Of a DNA stretch of 64,000 nucleotides, positions 37,511 through 50,800 are shown in pieces. How positions within the stretch are numbered: the stretch's first letter is position 1; the number at the start of each line of letters is the position of its first letter. The position numbers and the translations under genes were made by a program. The notes under the pieces were generated by a model that was given only the letters and a program-made list of their open reading frames with translations, did not search any database and was not told the origin of the DNA. Where the stretch lies: the NCBI GenBank assembly GCA_002269645.1, contig NIVC01001677.1, positions 124,001 to 188,000 on the forward strand. The letters run 5' to 3'. This DNA comes from Macrostomum lignano (lineage: Eukaryota).

Positions 37511-40500
37511 CCTTGACATCATTCTCCTACCTGATACTCACCGTGACCTCCCCCCTGACAACCTCTAAGGCTCTTTTTCTGATACGACCAATCCAATAAT
37601 GCCAGCCTAGTATTAAGATGTCTGGTAGGAATTTCGTGATTAAAATGGTGTTTAAATAAGGTACAAAGTTGCATGTGGGTTTGCTTGTTTTCCAAATAAA
37701 CTTTCTAAAACCTTAAAATCTGAAACTGCATAAATTGTATTATTCCGACGTATGGATTTATTAACCTCGGTTAGCACACTCCTGTATTTGAAATTGTAGG
37801 CGTAGCTATAGTTAAATGATTCATTTTAGACCCCGACATGCTTCTTTTGACTTCTGCGCAGGAAGGCATTTCGCGTGTACAAATTATTGCGAATGATTAA
37901 AAAATTAATTTGTCACAGCTGTTGCACAAATCAGTGCTTAAAGTTTGGCCGCACTTTTAAACGATTCCGTGGGAAAAATAAGTTTCAGCTCTCTGCTCGA
38001 CAGTTAAATTTCACCATACGACATCATTTGTCTCCTTTATTTGTGTCCCCGTAAGATAAATGCTTTCATTGGGTATAGTGTACATGTAATTCATAATTAA
38101 TCCCCCCAGCTTCAAAATCTCTAGACTTTCCTATCCCGAACTTCACAAGGGGATTCAGGATTGTGAAAGCAACCCACAACATTCTATAAACTTCCCGTGT
38201 GTTTCAAAGCAACCTTCCGATGCACGTCGACACAAAGGTCAATTCGTGTTAAAGTAAAAAAATTCGCCCAGCGATTCTGTGCGGGGCCGGGGCGCTTTCA
38301 CATTTGTCAGCCAACAAGCATCGAATCGGATTTGGAATCCTTGATCTTTCCTTGGCGTTGTATGTGTGGCTTCTCAAGCGATTTCTCTTATTTTGCTCCT
38401 CGGCTCAGCTTTGACCCCGGGGGGGAATTCGCGGGGGCAGATCGAGAAGCTAGCTGACTCAACGATATTCACGCAGATCTAGCGGTGGGCATCTCTGATC
38501 AAATTAGTCCGTTCGACTTCTCTTGCACCCGCCTTCCCCCGAAAAATCCAGAAATGAGAATGAGTATTCTCAGATACTTTCAGTTGCGACTTGCGAGCTA
38601 TGCCGCTTGAGTTGCTTCACTCAAGCAACTCAGGCAACTTGAGTTGCAAAGACAGGCCAACTCGTTGTTGGCCTGTCTTTGCATTTACATGTAAGGCCTT
38701 TTGCTGCTTTTTGTCTCTTCAATCTTTTTCCTGATCCAAGCCATGCATCAGATACGATCTATCTATTCCTATTTAACCTGCAGTACGAACCAGACAGGCG
38801 CACTTTAAGGACCACTACGGAAGTAATAGAATGGCACATTTCTTTTTTCGAAAAAGATCGATGATGCTCATTATCGGAACAGAAATTTTAATTACTAGCG
38901 GCACATGTTCATGTGCATGATATCGTGTAACAGCGCATCTGCTTGTGGCTCCTTGCACAAAAATTGGCCTTGTTGGACTTGTCGTGCAATTCCCCATTTT
39001 CGCTCAAAAGGGCCAATCGCTGTACACTCGTAGACCAGCATACGGCTCGTACGTGCAGGTCCGAACGCTATTAAAGTCAGCAAAAGTAAATGTTTGAAAA
39101 CAGAGCCAATATAAACATTATCTTTTAAATTAACGCTATAGTATAATATTTGAACTGCTAAAATATGCCAATACATTTACTATTTTCCTTTTTAGTTCTA
39201 CAACAAATGTAGCTGACAAAGATAGCTAATTAAAAGTGATTTTTTGCTCTTCAGTACTGGCAAAAATGTATAGTGAAAATGGCACGCCAAAAAGGTGACA
39301 AAAGTAGTATAACAAGTATAGCACGTTGGTGTTTTAAAAATAGCACATAATTGACACCGTTTAGCCGCAGTAATTCAGGGGTGGTTAAGTCAGTCCCTAT
39401 AGTCCAATACAGGTCCATATTACTCATCATATTTAATATCAAAGTATACATTATAAATACATTGCACACTAAATCCGTGCATTTGCTGAGAACTTAAAAG
39501 AGATTGACAAAAAATTAGAGAGGAGGCTAGTGATGGAAAATCCAGAGTAGGTGTACTTAGTGAACTGGAAGCTATCAGCTGTAATAGCTGCTGTTTCAGG
39601 CATTCATTTGTTAAAAACAAACAAAGCGAATCGTTCACATTTGAAAATTGCACTTGGGGTAAAGGTGGTGAATTTTACACAATTGAGCCCTAATTTACAT
39701 ATGCATATGTAGGACATCGCAATCAGTTTGGTACAAAGGACGCATGACAGAGAAGTACGAAAGTTGTGTTCAAATTCACAAACCAAATTCTAGGCGGCAA
39801 TATCAATGCATTATAATTGGAAACGATAAGTTTGTTTTACTCAAAGCCGAAAAGAATCGCGGGAAACGCTAAGTACAAACGTATTTTGCGCACTTCTAAC
39901 TGTTTGGAGACAACTAGAGAGTTTACAACAGGAAAACAGAGCAAAAACGATTGGCTAACAGTTGTAAATTTTCAAGTCAATAAAGTTGAGGGGGAAGTAC
40001 TCGTACTGATGGGAAAGTGTGCCACTTATAGCGAGTGCAATAATGTACAGAATTGGGTAGTTGATATAAACGAGAATAGAATATAATCATAAGCACACGG
40101 TGTTTGAAATTGCTGGTTTTTGGCTCTCTTGCCTTTGGCGCCTATTGGTTTAAGGGGAAGTTTTTTCACAGCTTCTTGTTCTGTAGGGAAAAGAAATTAT
40201 ACGAAGGGAAGTTCATTTAAACAAAACAAATCAATCAATCGACTGGAGCAACGAAACGGCTCCTGTTGGGAAATTTTACAGAACCAATGACACGAGCGAA
40301 TATTGTATGACAAAGGCAAACTACTTTCGACAAAAACGGTACATTTTATTTACGTTATGATGCAGATTAGAATTAAAATACGGTTGATTTTATGGATTGA
40401 AACTAGAAATAAGTTTTTATGTATGGTTTTAACTGAGTAAGAGGGACAAACGTATTCTCAATAACACTGAAAGGCTAGGATTGTACCTTTAGTAAGGCTG

Positions 40501-40647
40501 GTTTTCTAGTATCCTACGAGTAATTTATCTGAGATTCTAGAACTTCCTGTTTCCAGACCTAATGATCGTACAAAACATAGGCCTAGTCTTCCTCTCACTG
40601 ATTATTTTTAACACAATCTATGATAGTCTCGGCCAGGTAAAGGACAG

Positions 40648-42862
40648 TCACACCAACTGCAGATGGTCGTAGCTCGCCCCCCGTTTCTCATCAATGAACG
40701 GCAGAGTGAAGCCCTCGCCGTAGGATGAACTGCAACGGAAGGTGCCAATCTCGCCGCCGCGCATTTGCAATTCAATTGAGCGTCGGCGACGCCTAACAAC
40801 GCCGGAGCCGCCGCTGCTAGTAACAGCGCCGCTGTCTAGCACTGAGAACTGATGCTGCTGAGCCTTGTTCCGACGAACTATGCACACTAGGCCGATGATA
40901 ATGGCGACAAACAGCAGGGAGGAAAGCAGGATGACGCTCATTAAAACTAGGTCTTCCCTAGTTAGCTTCATGCCTCCGGCCTGAGCCAGGCCGTCGACTC
41001 CTTCTGTTGGCGCTGTGGCGTTAAAATCGACAGTTGATGAATTACCTGGTTCGATCGCTTCAGGTACTGCCTTGGTGGTGGCTGCAGTAGTTGTAATCTT
41101 TATTGTTGCTGGACCTGCCCTCCCTGAACCGCCGGCTCTTACAGGCTTTGTTGTAGCCTGAACTTCGGCTGTTGTTAGCTTCTCAGTAGCTGTAGTAGAC
41201 TGAGTTGTTGATGCCGGTTTAAGTTTGGTGGTGGTCGCGGCTGGTGATTCTGTTGTACGAGTTTTCACTTCCAACGTTGTTGTTGCTTCAAGAGAAGTTT
41301 TTATAGATGTTGTTGATTGAATCTTCGTTGCAGGCATCTCAGTTGACTTTGATGCCATTTTTGATCCCTCCGTTGTTGTTTTAGCTTCTGTTGTAATCAA
41401 TGCGGCCTTTGTTGTTGTTAGCGTCTCAGTTACTGTTGTTGGTGCCGCAGTTGTTGGTGCTTCAGTTGTTGTAGTTTTTGGTGCCTCAGTTGTTTTTGTT
41501 GTTGTTTCTGTAGGTGCCTCGGTAGTAGTAATTGTTGTAGTTGTTGGTTTTTCAGTTGCTACAGTTGTTGGTGCTTCGGTAGTAGTTGTTGTTTTGGTTT
41601 TTGGTTCCTCAGTTGTCTTTGTAGTGGTTTGTGCCTCAATTGTTGTAATAGTAGTTGTTGGTGCCTCAGTTGTTGTTGTTGTCGTCGTCGTAGTTGTTAG
41701 TGCCTCTGTTGTTGTTGTCGTAGTTGTTGGTGCCTCAGTTGTTGTTGTCGTAGTTGTTGGTGCCTCAGTTGTTGTTGTAGTTGTTGGTGCCTCAGTTGTT
41801 GTTGTCGTAGTTGTTGGTGCCTCAGTTGTTGTTGTCGTAGTTGTTGGTGCCTCAGTTGTTGTTGTAGTTGTTGGTGCCTCAGTTGTTGTTGTAGTTGTTG
41901 GTGCCTCAGTTGTTGTTGTAGTTGTTGGTGCCTCAGTTGTTGTTGTCGTCGTAGTTGTTGGTGCCTCAGTTGTTGTTGGTGTTGTTGTTGTTGGTGTCGT
42001 AGTTGTGGTTGCATCAGTTGTTGTTGTTTTTGTTGTTGGTGCCTCAGTTGTTGTTGGTGTCGTAGTTGTGGTTGCATCAGTTGTTGTTGTTGTGGTTCTA
42101 GGTGCCTCAGTTGTTGTAGTAGCTTCCGTTTTGAGGGGCGGTTCTGCTTTACTATCGGCAACAGTCGTTTTGCTTATAGTCGTTGGTTCCGTCTTTGGTG
42201 TCTCTGTCGTCATCTCGGGAGCAATTTGTTTTGCAACAGTTGTGTTCGAAGCACTGTTAGAAAGCAAATCACTAGGCTTCATTGTTGTTGTCTTAAACTC
42301 GTCGCCAGGAATCGACGAGACTGCAAAGGGAGGCCACATTGAAGTAGAGAAGCAGTTAGCGGACGGAAAAAAGAGGAAAGTAGTTGCTGAAGAGTCGGAT
42401 TATAAAGTTAGCCCGATCATGGGCTTCACCCTCAAGGGATCGATTTGAGCACAGATTATGCGAATGATTTGATCAACTCTTCGGACAGGGGAACGCGCTC
42501 AAGAAGCCAGACAGATACACGCTAGAGTTAAGCTAGATGAGACGAGGGTCAGAGGAGCTAGGGATGTTGGATCGATGTTTAAGTCTAACTAACCATTCCG
42601 TGTTATTTAATCAACTAAATTTTCTGTCGTCTTTTTGTGTCGTGTGTCAGACTCGGCCTTGACACACTTGGATGCTAGTCTAAACTGAGCCACGATTATT
42701 GATAAATAACAATTTTCAAAAAGAAATAAAATATTAGTTACCTGGCGACGAGTCGCTTTCTTCAGGCTCAACAGCTGCACTTTGAACAGTTCCACAAGTG
42801 AGCAGCAGAAGCATCAGACAGGCGATTGTCGCTTGACGCGAAAGAGCGTTCCGGTGCGTCAT
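40648..42862 (-). CDS. Thr-rich mucin-like type I membrane protein; complement(join(40648..42320,42742..42862)), 597 aa
   Basis: Exon 1 is a signal peptide, MTHRNALSRQATIACLMLLLLTCGTVQSA, with a phase-1 CAG|GTAACT donor that matches the TTTGCAG acceptor. Exon 2 has TTTTTEAP repeats, a TM helix (LVLMSVILLSSLLFVAIIIGLVCIV) followed by RR, and a tail ending SYDHLQLV. Confidence 0.88.
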
Positions 42863-45800
42863 TCTAGTGAAGTCGCAACAGTTGTTGTTGATTTCTGTGT
42901 ATGGAAAAGAAGGAAATCGATCATAAGTCTGAAGCTATTTAGGATTAGAAAAAATAAGACAGAAGTCTGTTTAATTAATTGATTTGTCGCGTAGCACTTT
43001 AGGTTCAAGCTGAACCGTTACTCTCATCCTCCTAATTTTACTGAAAAGTTTCAAATGCGACTATTTCGCGTTTTCAAGTTCAAAGCATTGGGGACCCATT
43101 TTGTCTATGGTAAAACTGTCTGCGTACTTTGACAAATCATGACGGTGATATGGGCATGGTAGACAAAAGTGCATGGTGACTATAGATACCATATCTTTCT
43201 GATTCCCATAGATAGGGCACAATTTTGTGTCTTTTAGTAAACTATATGGAATACGCGGAAGCCCGCCCGCTGAGAATGTCTATGGCCAAGAGACCACGAA
43301 TATTGATTCAGTGCAAAGTCTGTCAGTGCAGACTGCAGAGACTGTCTACCAGCTATGGATCATAATCCTCACTTGATACGATGCTAGCTAACTACAGCAC
43401 TACAGCTTGTTACACAGCCTCTGTTTGCAGCCTGATAGAATATTTTACCAGCGTACACTAAATGATCATAGTTTACACATGTATACTATAACTTACCTAA
43501 CTTCTGAAAAGCACTTGAAATTCTGCGCGACATGATAAACGTAGCTTTTTAGTAGTATCTGTATCTGTTAAATTGTGCAAAAAGTGTTTTTTCGGCCTGT
43601 GTCCTACCGCCACCAGTAACTGCTTTATTGTGTCATGCTCATAAAGCAACAATGAACATGGGAAGAAATAGATAAACCAATGCAGATATATTATAGGCTA
43701 AAAATCGATACAGAAGGAGAGAGAGACAGTAGAGACGAGAGAAAGTCTAACCATAGAGAGAAACTCAACGTCAACTTAACTGTTGGACTGACGAAAGTAA
43801 AACGCCACTACGTGCGCGAGGGTGTACGAGCGTGCGCTACAATACATGCTCGTATTTTAGAGCACACCATTTTTACTCGTAATAGCTTTGAGAGGTGCAG
43901 AAGCAACGAAATGAAATTCCCGCAGTCCCGCACTCCAAATTGCATAGTTGTCTGAGCTCTAGATAGAAGCAACGAGCTCTTTTGCTGTTTTGCTGTTATC
44001 GATATTACTTTACCGTTTTAATATAAAGCAGCATAACGAATATTTCTAAAGCCTAGAAACTTTAATAGGCACTTAGAACGTGCGTGCCTTTCCCTTTCCG
44101 TTAGTCCTTTTCTCTTTTCGAGGCGAGAGACGAGAGAGCTCAACGCCAACGCAACGCGATGTCGCGATGACTCCAAACAAGAAAGAATGAATGAGAATTC
44201 GCGAAATGATAATATTGACAACTCTGGAAACAAAAGTTACATTTGCACAACAAAAAAACTGCATAGGTCACCAATTGTGTTTACATAGCCTCAAGCCTAC
44301 CTGTCTAGAATGAATTGCTCCAGTCGTGTCTCGCGGCGGCGGAGGCTTGGGAATCGGCAGATTTCCGACGAAGCTGAAGTTCTTTGCTTTCGCCGCAGTG
44401 CGTTTTTCCCCTTAATATATCTATATATATGGATGTCTGGTCTGCAGTCACGCAGCGAAGTGGCTGCTTGAAATGCCTTGGCCTCTTATGTAGTTCTGTG
44501 GTTGTTCGTGCGCCTGCCGTCTCCTGCGAAGAGAAATAGTCAGAAGAATGGCGTTTGCCCTGTCTGCCTGCCAATGCCAATGCCAACAGCGGCAAATGAA
44601 TCTCTTCTTCCACTGGGTTTGAAGTTTGTTGGCTAGTATAATAATATATTGGGCCTTATATTAAGAGGGGGAATTGGTAAATACGAGGCTTATAAAGGAG
44701 CAAAAACATGGAGAGGGAAGAGGGCCAAAGCGCATGGTCGGTAAGACTCTTTCTTCCCCTTTATTTGCCCTAAAAAACCCGTTGCAAAAATGGGGAACCA
44801 TACCTTGCATGCCCACCACCCCACTCTAAGCGGCTTGAATCCAACCTTGGCCCTCCCCCCCCCACAGTCCATAGTTCCTCCGTCCTCAACGTGTCCCCGC
44901 CAATAACTATTATACGTTTTGTGTCTGTCTGTCTACTGTGTCTCCCTCCAACCCTCCTCCTCCTGCTTGCCGCTGCCGGGCTGCCCCAACAACAGTTATA
45001 TAGGACAAAGTCAAGCAGAACCAGCTCTTTCTGAAACCCCCATTGGCGGTCCGTATAGCCTGCATAAGTACCGGGGGGGCACAACTTCTCTGTTTGTGTA
45101 TGCGCCCTTCCCACTCCCACCGCTTTAGTTCTTCCCTAAGAATCATACTGAATCCCACTTGGTCCCATGGACTTCCTCCCATCCTCTTCCATAACTCCCA
45201 CGCCGCTCCCCATTAGTGCCCCCCCCCACCTCCCCGAAGGACCATTTCCTTCATCTAGTGTGCATATTAAGCATCCGAGAGCTCTCAATGCGTCACACTC
45301 ACAGTGACGGATAGAGGAGCTGGGAAGGGTAGGAGGGGTTGCTGCTCTACCACCGTCCACTGCCACTCAACGATTCTATTATATTAGCTTAAAAAGCCTG
45401 GAAAATACTTTTAATACTTTTTCTACTTTGTATCTCTATTCCAAAAATGTTTATATAAATTCTTCACCAGCAAATTTTTCGTTTGTCCCGAATTGAATAG
45501 GAATTTCAATCAGAATTTTTACAACTGGAATGGTTGTGTCTGGGCTCTGAGCCAGCCTATTGAGGTGACCAATTTTAAACAAACAGTAGGGGCAGTATTT
45601 TTGCCTGAACTTCCTTGTTCTTTTTTCCTGTCTGTGAATGCGACTGTTTATTAGATTTTACAGCTGGCGCAAACCTGTCGTGGCTTGTTTCAATCTTTGC
45701 ATCTTTGTTGACTAATGCTGTTGACTAATGCTGTATCAAAACAACATTAGATTTGTCCGGATAAAGTGCAAGTTGCTTTGTGCGTTTATTCGAGGAAGGC

Positions 45801-45944
45801 CATTGGGAGCTTCGCATTGGGACAGGCCAGGCCTCGGTAGAGAAGCTCGCTTGTAAATGTCTGAACGACGAGCGCCAACTGCCGGACTGAACTTTATATT
45901 TTATTACGGCAGTGGCCCAAGGCTCGATAAACCGATCAGATGTC

Positions 45945-46417
<473 letters not shown>

Positions 46418-47860
46418 TTCTACTGTCTGTGTGTTTACGTGGACTTTTTGGAAGTTCAGTAGCCTCGTTAGCTGGACCACCCGGTGTAGGTAGACCACTT
46501 AGGTGGACCACCAAATAATTTTGTCTCTGGTGGGGTTAAGACGTTGATGAGGATCTCAAATTAATGTCAGGCGGGTCAAGAAGGGCTCTAGCAATTTTGG
46601 AATGTCTAGCATGGTTTTTTCCAAAGTTATTCGCATTTCAGTTTAGCTGGACCTCCAGCCTGGTCTACCTAAACCGAGCGAGTCTGGTCCACGTAAACCG
46701 AAAAATTTCAGAAAATTTTTCGAAAATCGTCTGTTTGTGTCTGTTTGTGTCTGTTTGTGTATAGCAGTTATTAAGCATAGATTCGATGCAAAACTGAATT
46801 TTTTTACATATCATTACCTTACGAACAAATGGCTATGTTAACATCATATTATGACCGCCACTGGCCTTAAAACAATATGCGTTAAAATTCTTTGACATTC
46901 AAGTAGGTACGCAGGTTAATTTAAAATTCTGACAACCTCGTATGCGAAATGAATTTTATATAGTAAACTTTAAACTCCATTTAATTAGCTCAGTTCCAGC
47001 AATTCCGGTATCGTACTCTGAGCAGAGACTCACAGAGTAAGACACCAATGTAAAGAAATCCAATTTACTAACCAGATCAAGCGATAAAGACTCCGAGACA
47101 AGAAAGATATTTAAGTGAAGCTTAAACAATATTCTTCAATGACTTCTCAAGAACTCCCAGTGGTCCTTGATAGCCACACTGTGTAAATGAAAATTTCTGA
47201 GGCTCTACCATTACACAAGAAAAAATTAATAGCAACTTCATAAATTAAGTGCTTGCCAACTCTATCGCAAACACTATGGGATATCTTGAAGAAGAAGATC
47301 CTAAGCTGCAGCCTTTTAAGTGCAAAGTTGAAGATGCAATTTACCTAATTGAAAAGGGCCATTCATACATGTACATGCAAAATCAAGAGGACGCAATTAA
47401 GAAGGGCCTTTTAGCTAGAAATTGGGTCTCTGAATCTCTAGCAAAAGATCGACTTGATTGCGGTCCCAGTAAAACTAAGAACGCATTAACAGTCAGCCTA
47501 ACACTCACTGTCTGTTTGGTCCACGTAAACACATTTGCAGGATTATAGGGTTGGAACAGACAGACAGACAGACCTCCCTTTCTATAATTGGCTGGTTAAC
47601 ACTTAGGAGGAAAGATCAACCCCAACGATGGGACCGACCTCAGCCAATAGGAAACCCGCAAGGGTTCTGAAGGTAAGACTGTAGAGAGAGGGATATATAA
47701 TGTCTAAGCGGGTGGTCCCCGTAAACCATGGCGTAGTTAGACCACACACAGACAGTTTTATAAATTAGAACTGATTCTATTCACACTTATTAGGTCTAAC
47801 ATTATTTTCCATACTCTAAGTTTCATCTATAGATAAATTTATTGTGCCAAGCAAGATATA

Positions 47861-50800
47861 ATGACCCGAAAAAAAAACAAAAAGGACGCCAAGCCTAAGC
47901 CTAAGGTAAAACCTAAAAAAACTGCGACGCAAAAAGCCACTGCAAAATCGAAGAAGGCCGCATCGCCTGGTGAAAACCGACAGTCTGCTCGCAAAACCAT
48001 CGACACCGAGTCCAGAAAAGTGAGTTTCGTTTGATGATCTCAAAATAGCTAATTGCAAGGCCTATCTAACCTACAGACACAACTGAAGCAGCTCTCTCAG
48101 TCTGTTTGGGGCTTTGGCTCACAGAGCTGTCTTGAAAGTTTAGTGCAGGAATGCTTACGTTTCTTGGAATGCAATCAGAACAGATTCTTAGAAAGCGAGC
48201 TGGTCCACCATGAGATCAGAATGTCTGCACTGTGTAAATGAATGGTCTCTAGGCATTCCGACTCAGATTATCGCCTAGTAGTGCTGTAGAGAAGGTGGTC
48301 CACCTAACCTACAGACACAACTGAAGCAGCTCTCTCAGTCTGAGGGTCACACGGATACACTGCAGCGGTTTTGAATTTAAGCTTCCGACTTTGACTTGTC
48401 TTTTTATTCTCTAACTTCCTAGGAGCCTGAGGTCGAATTTCGTTCTCCTGAGCTCGACCAGTCTGACGCTTCGAAAAAGTTGAAATCGCGCTCTACGTCT
48501 GCATCACGCCTTGATGAAGGCGCTCAGTCGCACAACGCTACCGCGGATGCAGGCGCTACTCCAGCCTCGAAGAAGGCCGCATCGCCTGGTGAAAATCGTC
48601 GGTCTACTGGCAAATCCGTCGACACCGAGTCCAGAAAAGTGAGTTTCGCTTGATGATCTCAAAGTAGCTAGCTGCAACTCAATTGCTGTAGAGAAGCTGG
48701 TCCACCTAACCTACAGACACAACTGAAGCAGCTCTCTCAGTCTGTTTGGGGCTTTGAATCTTGGAAGGTGGTCCACCTAACCTACAGACACAACTGAAGC
48801 AGCTCTCTCAGTCTGTTTGGGGCTTTGACTTTTATAAGGTGGTCCACCTAACCTACAGACACAACTGATGCAGCTCTCTCAGTCTGTTTGGGGCCTTGGC
48901 TGTCAGAGCTGTCTTGAAAGTTTAGTGCGGGAATGTTTCCGTTTCTTGGAATGCAATCAGAACAGATTCTTAGAAAGCGAGCTGGTCCACCATGAGATCA
49001 GAATGTCTGCACTGTGTAAATGAATGGTCTCTAGGCATTCCGACTCAGATTATCGCCTAGTAGTGCTGTAGAGAAGGTGGTCCACCTAACCTACAAACAC
49101 AACTGGAGCAGCTCTCTCAGTCTGTTTGAGGGTCACACGTAGGGATGTCGACCCCGGGGAGTGCTCCCCGGGGCCCCGGGGAGCTTGTCGGGGAATATTC
49201 CCCGGGGAATTGAACCGGGGACCCCGGGGAGAAAAATGCATTTTTAACCTAATTTTTGCCATTAAAATAAGAAAATAATTCACAGAGAGCTGATTGAAAC
49301 TCTGTCTATGCTTTTCTTACCGCATAACTGCTTATCTCAATGTAAAATTTCAAACGCAACACACGTTTGAATGTTTTTTCACTACGAGTCCTTCAATCAA
49401 GCAAATTTCACCTAAAAACCCGTCAGGAAAAAGAAGCTTTACTGACTACTGTGTTGGTCTGCGTTGACGGCTTGACGGAATTTGACGCAGGCACAGCGCT
49501 GCGTCCTGCGGACGCATGGGGGTGTCATACAATAACAAAATGCTCCCTATTAGACAAGGACAATGTCTGCTAGAAATAAAAATTTTGATTATAAAAACAG
49601 TCTCATTCATTAATTATCCTCCCACGAGCGTAGCTGCTGAGCATGCATTTTCCGCCTCCACACCACAGTCTGGACTCCTTCTGACAAAGGTGCACGCACG
49701 ATTTGATGATGCCACGTTGTCAAATACAGTTTTAAATAAACACAAGCTCCCCGGGGTCGACATCCCTACTACAACCAAGGGATATAGGCATTTCTTAGGA
49801 GCCATTTAAATTTTAAAGTGATCTTATGCGAATTTTAATGTTAAAAGCTTCATGCTGTAACTAACTAATTTAGTAGGATTGCATTGTAATCAGTTATTCA
49901 TTAATTTTTCGCTATTTTTACAAACCATCCCACGTTGTCTTGACTCTTGATTTGCCATCTACTGTTATAACTGAGCCTGAAGACTTGTCTATACAGAGGA
50001 CAGTGTTTTGAATCTCTGGCTAAACTGTCTCTCCTCTCTGCGCCTCTCCACTCGCGGGTACAGAGAAGGCTATTAAAAAGTTATTCCAAAACACTGTACA
50101 TTCGCTATGTACATTAAGCCCAATCGCCTGACCCTTCGTCTGGGGGTCTGGGCTGGTGGAATGAGTGAGCGGCACAAACAACAGAAAAAGCAGACAAACT
50201 TCACATGCTTACAGTTTCTGTCCTGATTGAGATACAGAGTTGAGACTTTACATTTAGATAGAGAATGAGTCAATAAAGAATTGCGTCAAATTTGAAGTCA
50301 ATCGCTTCACGTGGAGCAAGCTTATGACAGCCGAAAGTTAGTCATTTTAAACCTATTTACACTCCTTTGCCCAGATCGGGAAAGAGAGGCAGGCGGGCGG
50401 AGGTTGGGGTGGTTGCCTCGCTGAAAAAACAGTTAATTTTAAAGTGCACAGCGCCTTTCAGGATTAACTTTGAGACTTGAAATTTTACACGGTTGAAAGG
50501 ATCGGTAGAAGTGGAGCGGCGCTATGGAGGATTTAGTAAAAAATCGCGCATTTTGAGCAGTTTTTGCACTTTTAGGTAGGAAGACTTGAGTTTAGGAAAT
50601 TTTAAGGTAGCCTAAGACATTCTCCGTAGTAAATTTAGGGCGGGTGCAAAAGTTATCGTAATTTGGTTGAGCGGTTTGGGACTTGGGAGTCCATAGCAAA
50701 GTAATTTGTACACAGACACACACGCAGACAGAGTTTTCATTTTTATAGGTAGAGATTGTTTAGTTTTTACCCTTGCGCCTTGAACATGTAGTCTAAAGCT

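Noticed and set aside
41594-42448. Val-rich 284-aa plus-strand ORF and Gln-rich 41697-42161 ORF
   Set aside because: Antisense and off-frame shadows of the mucin repeat.
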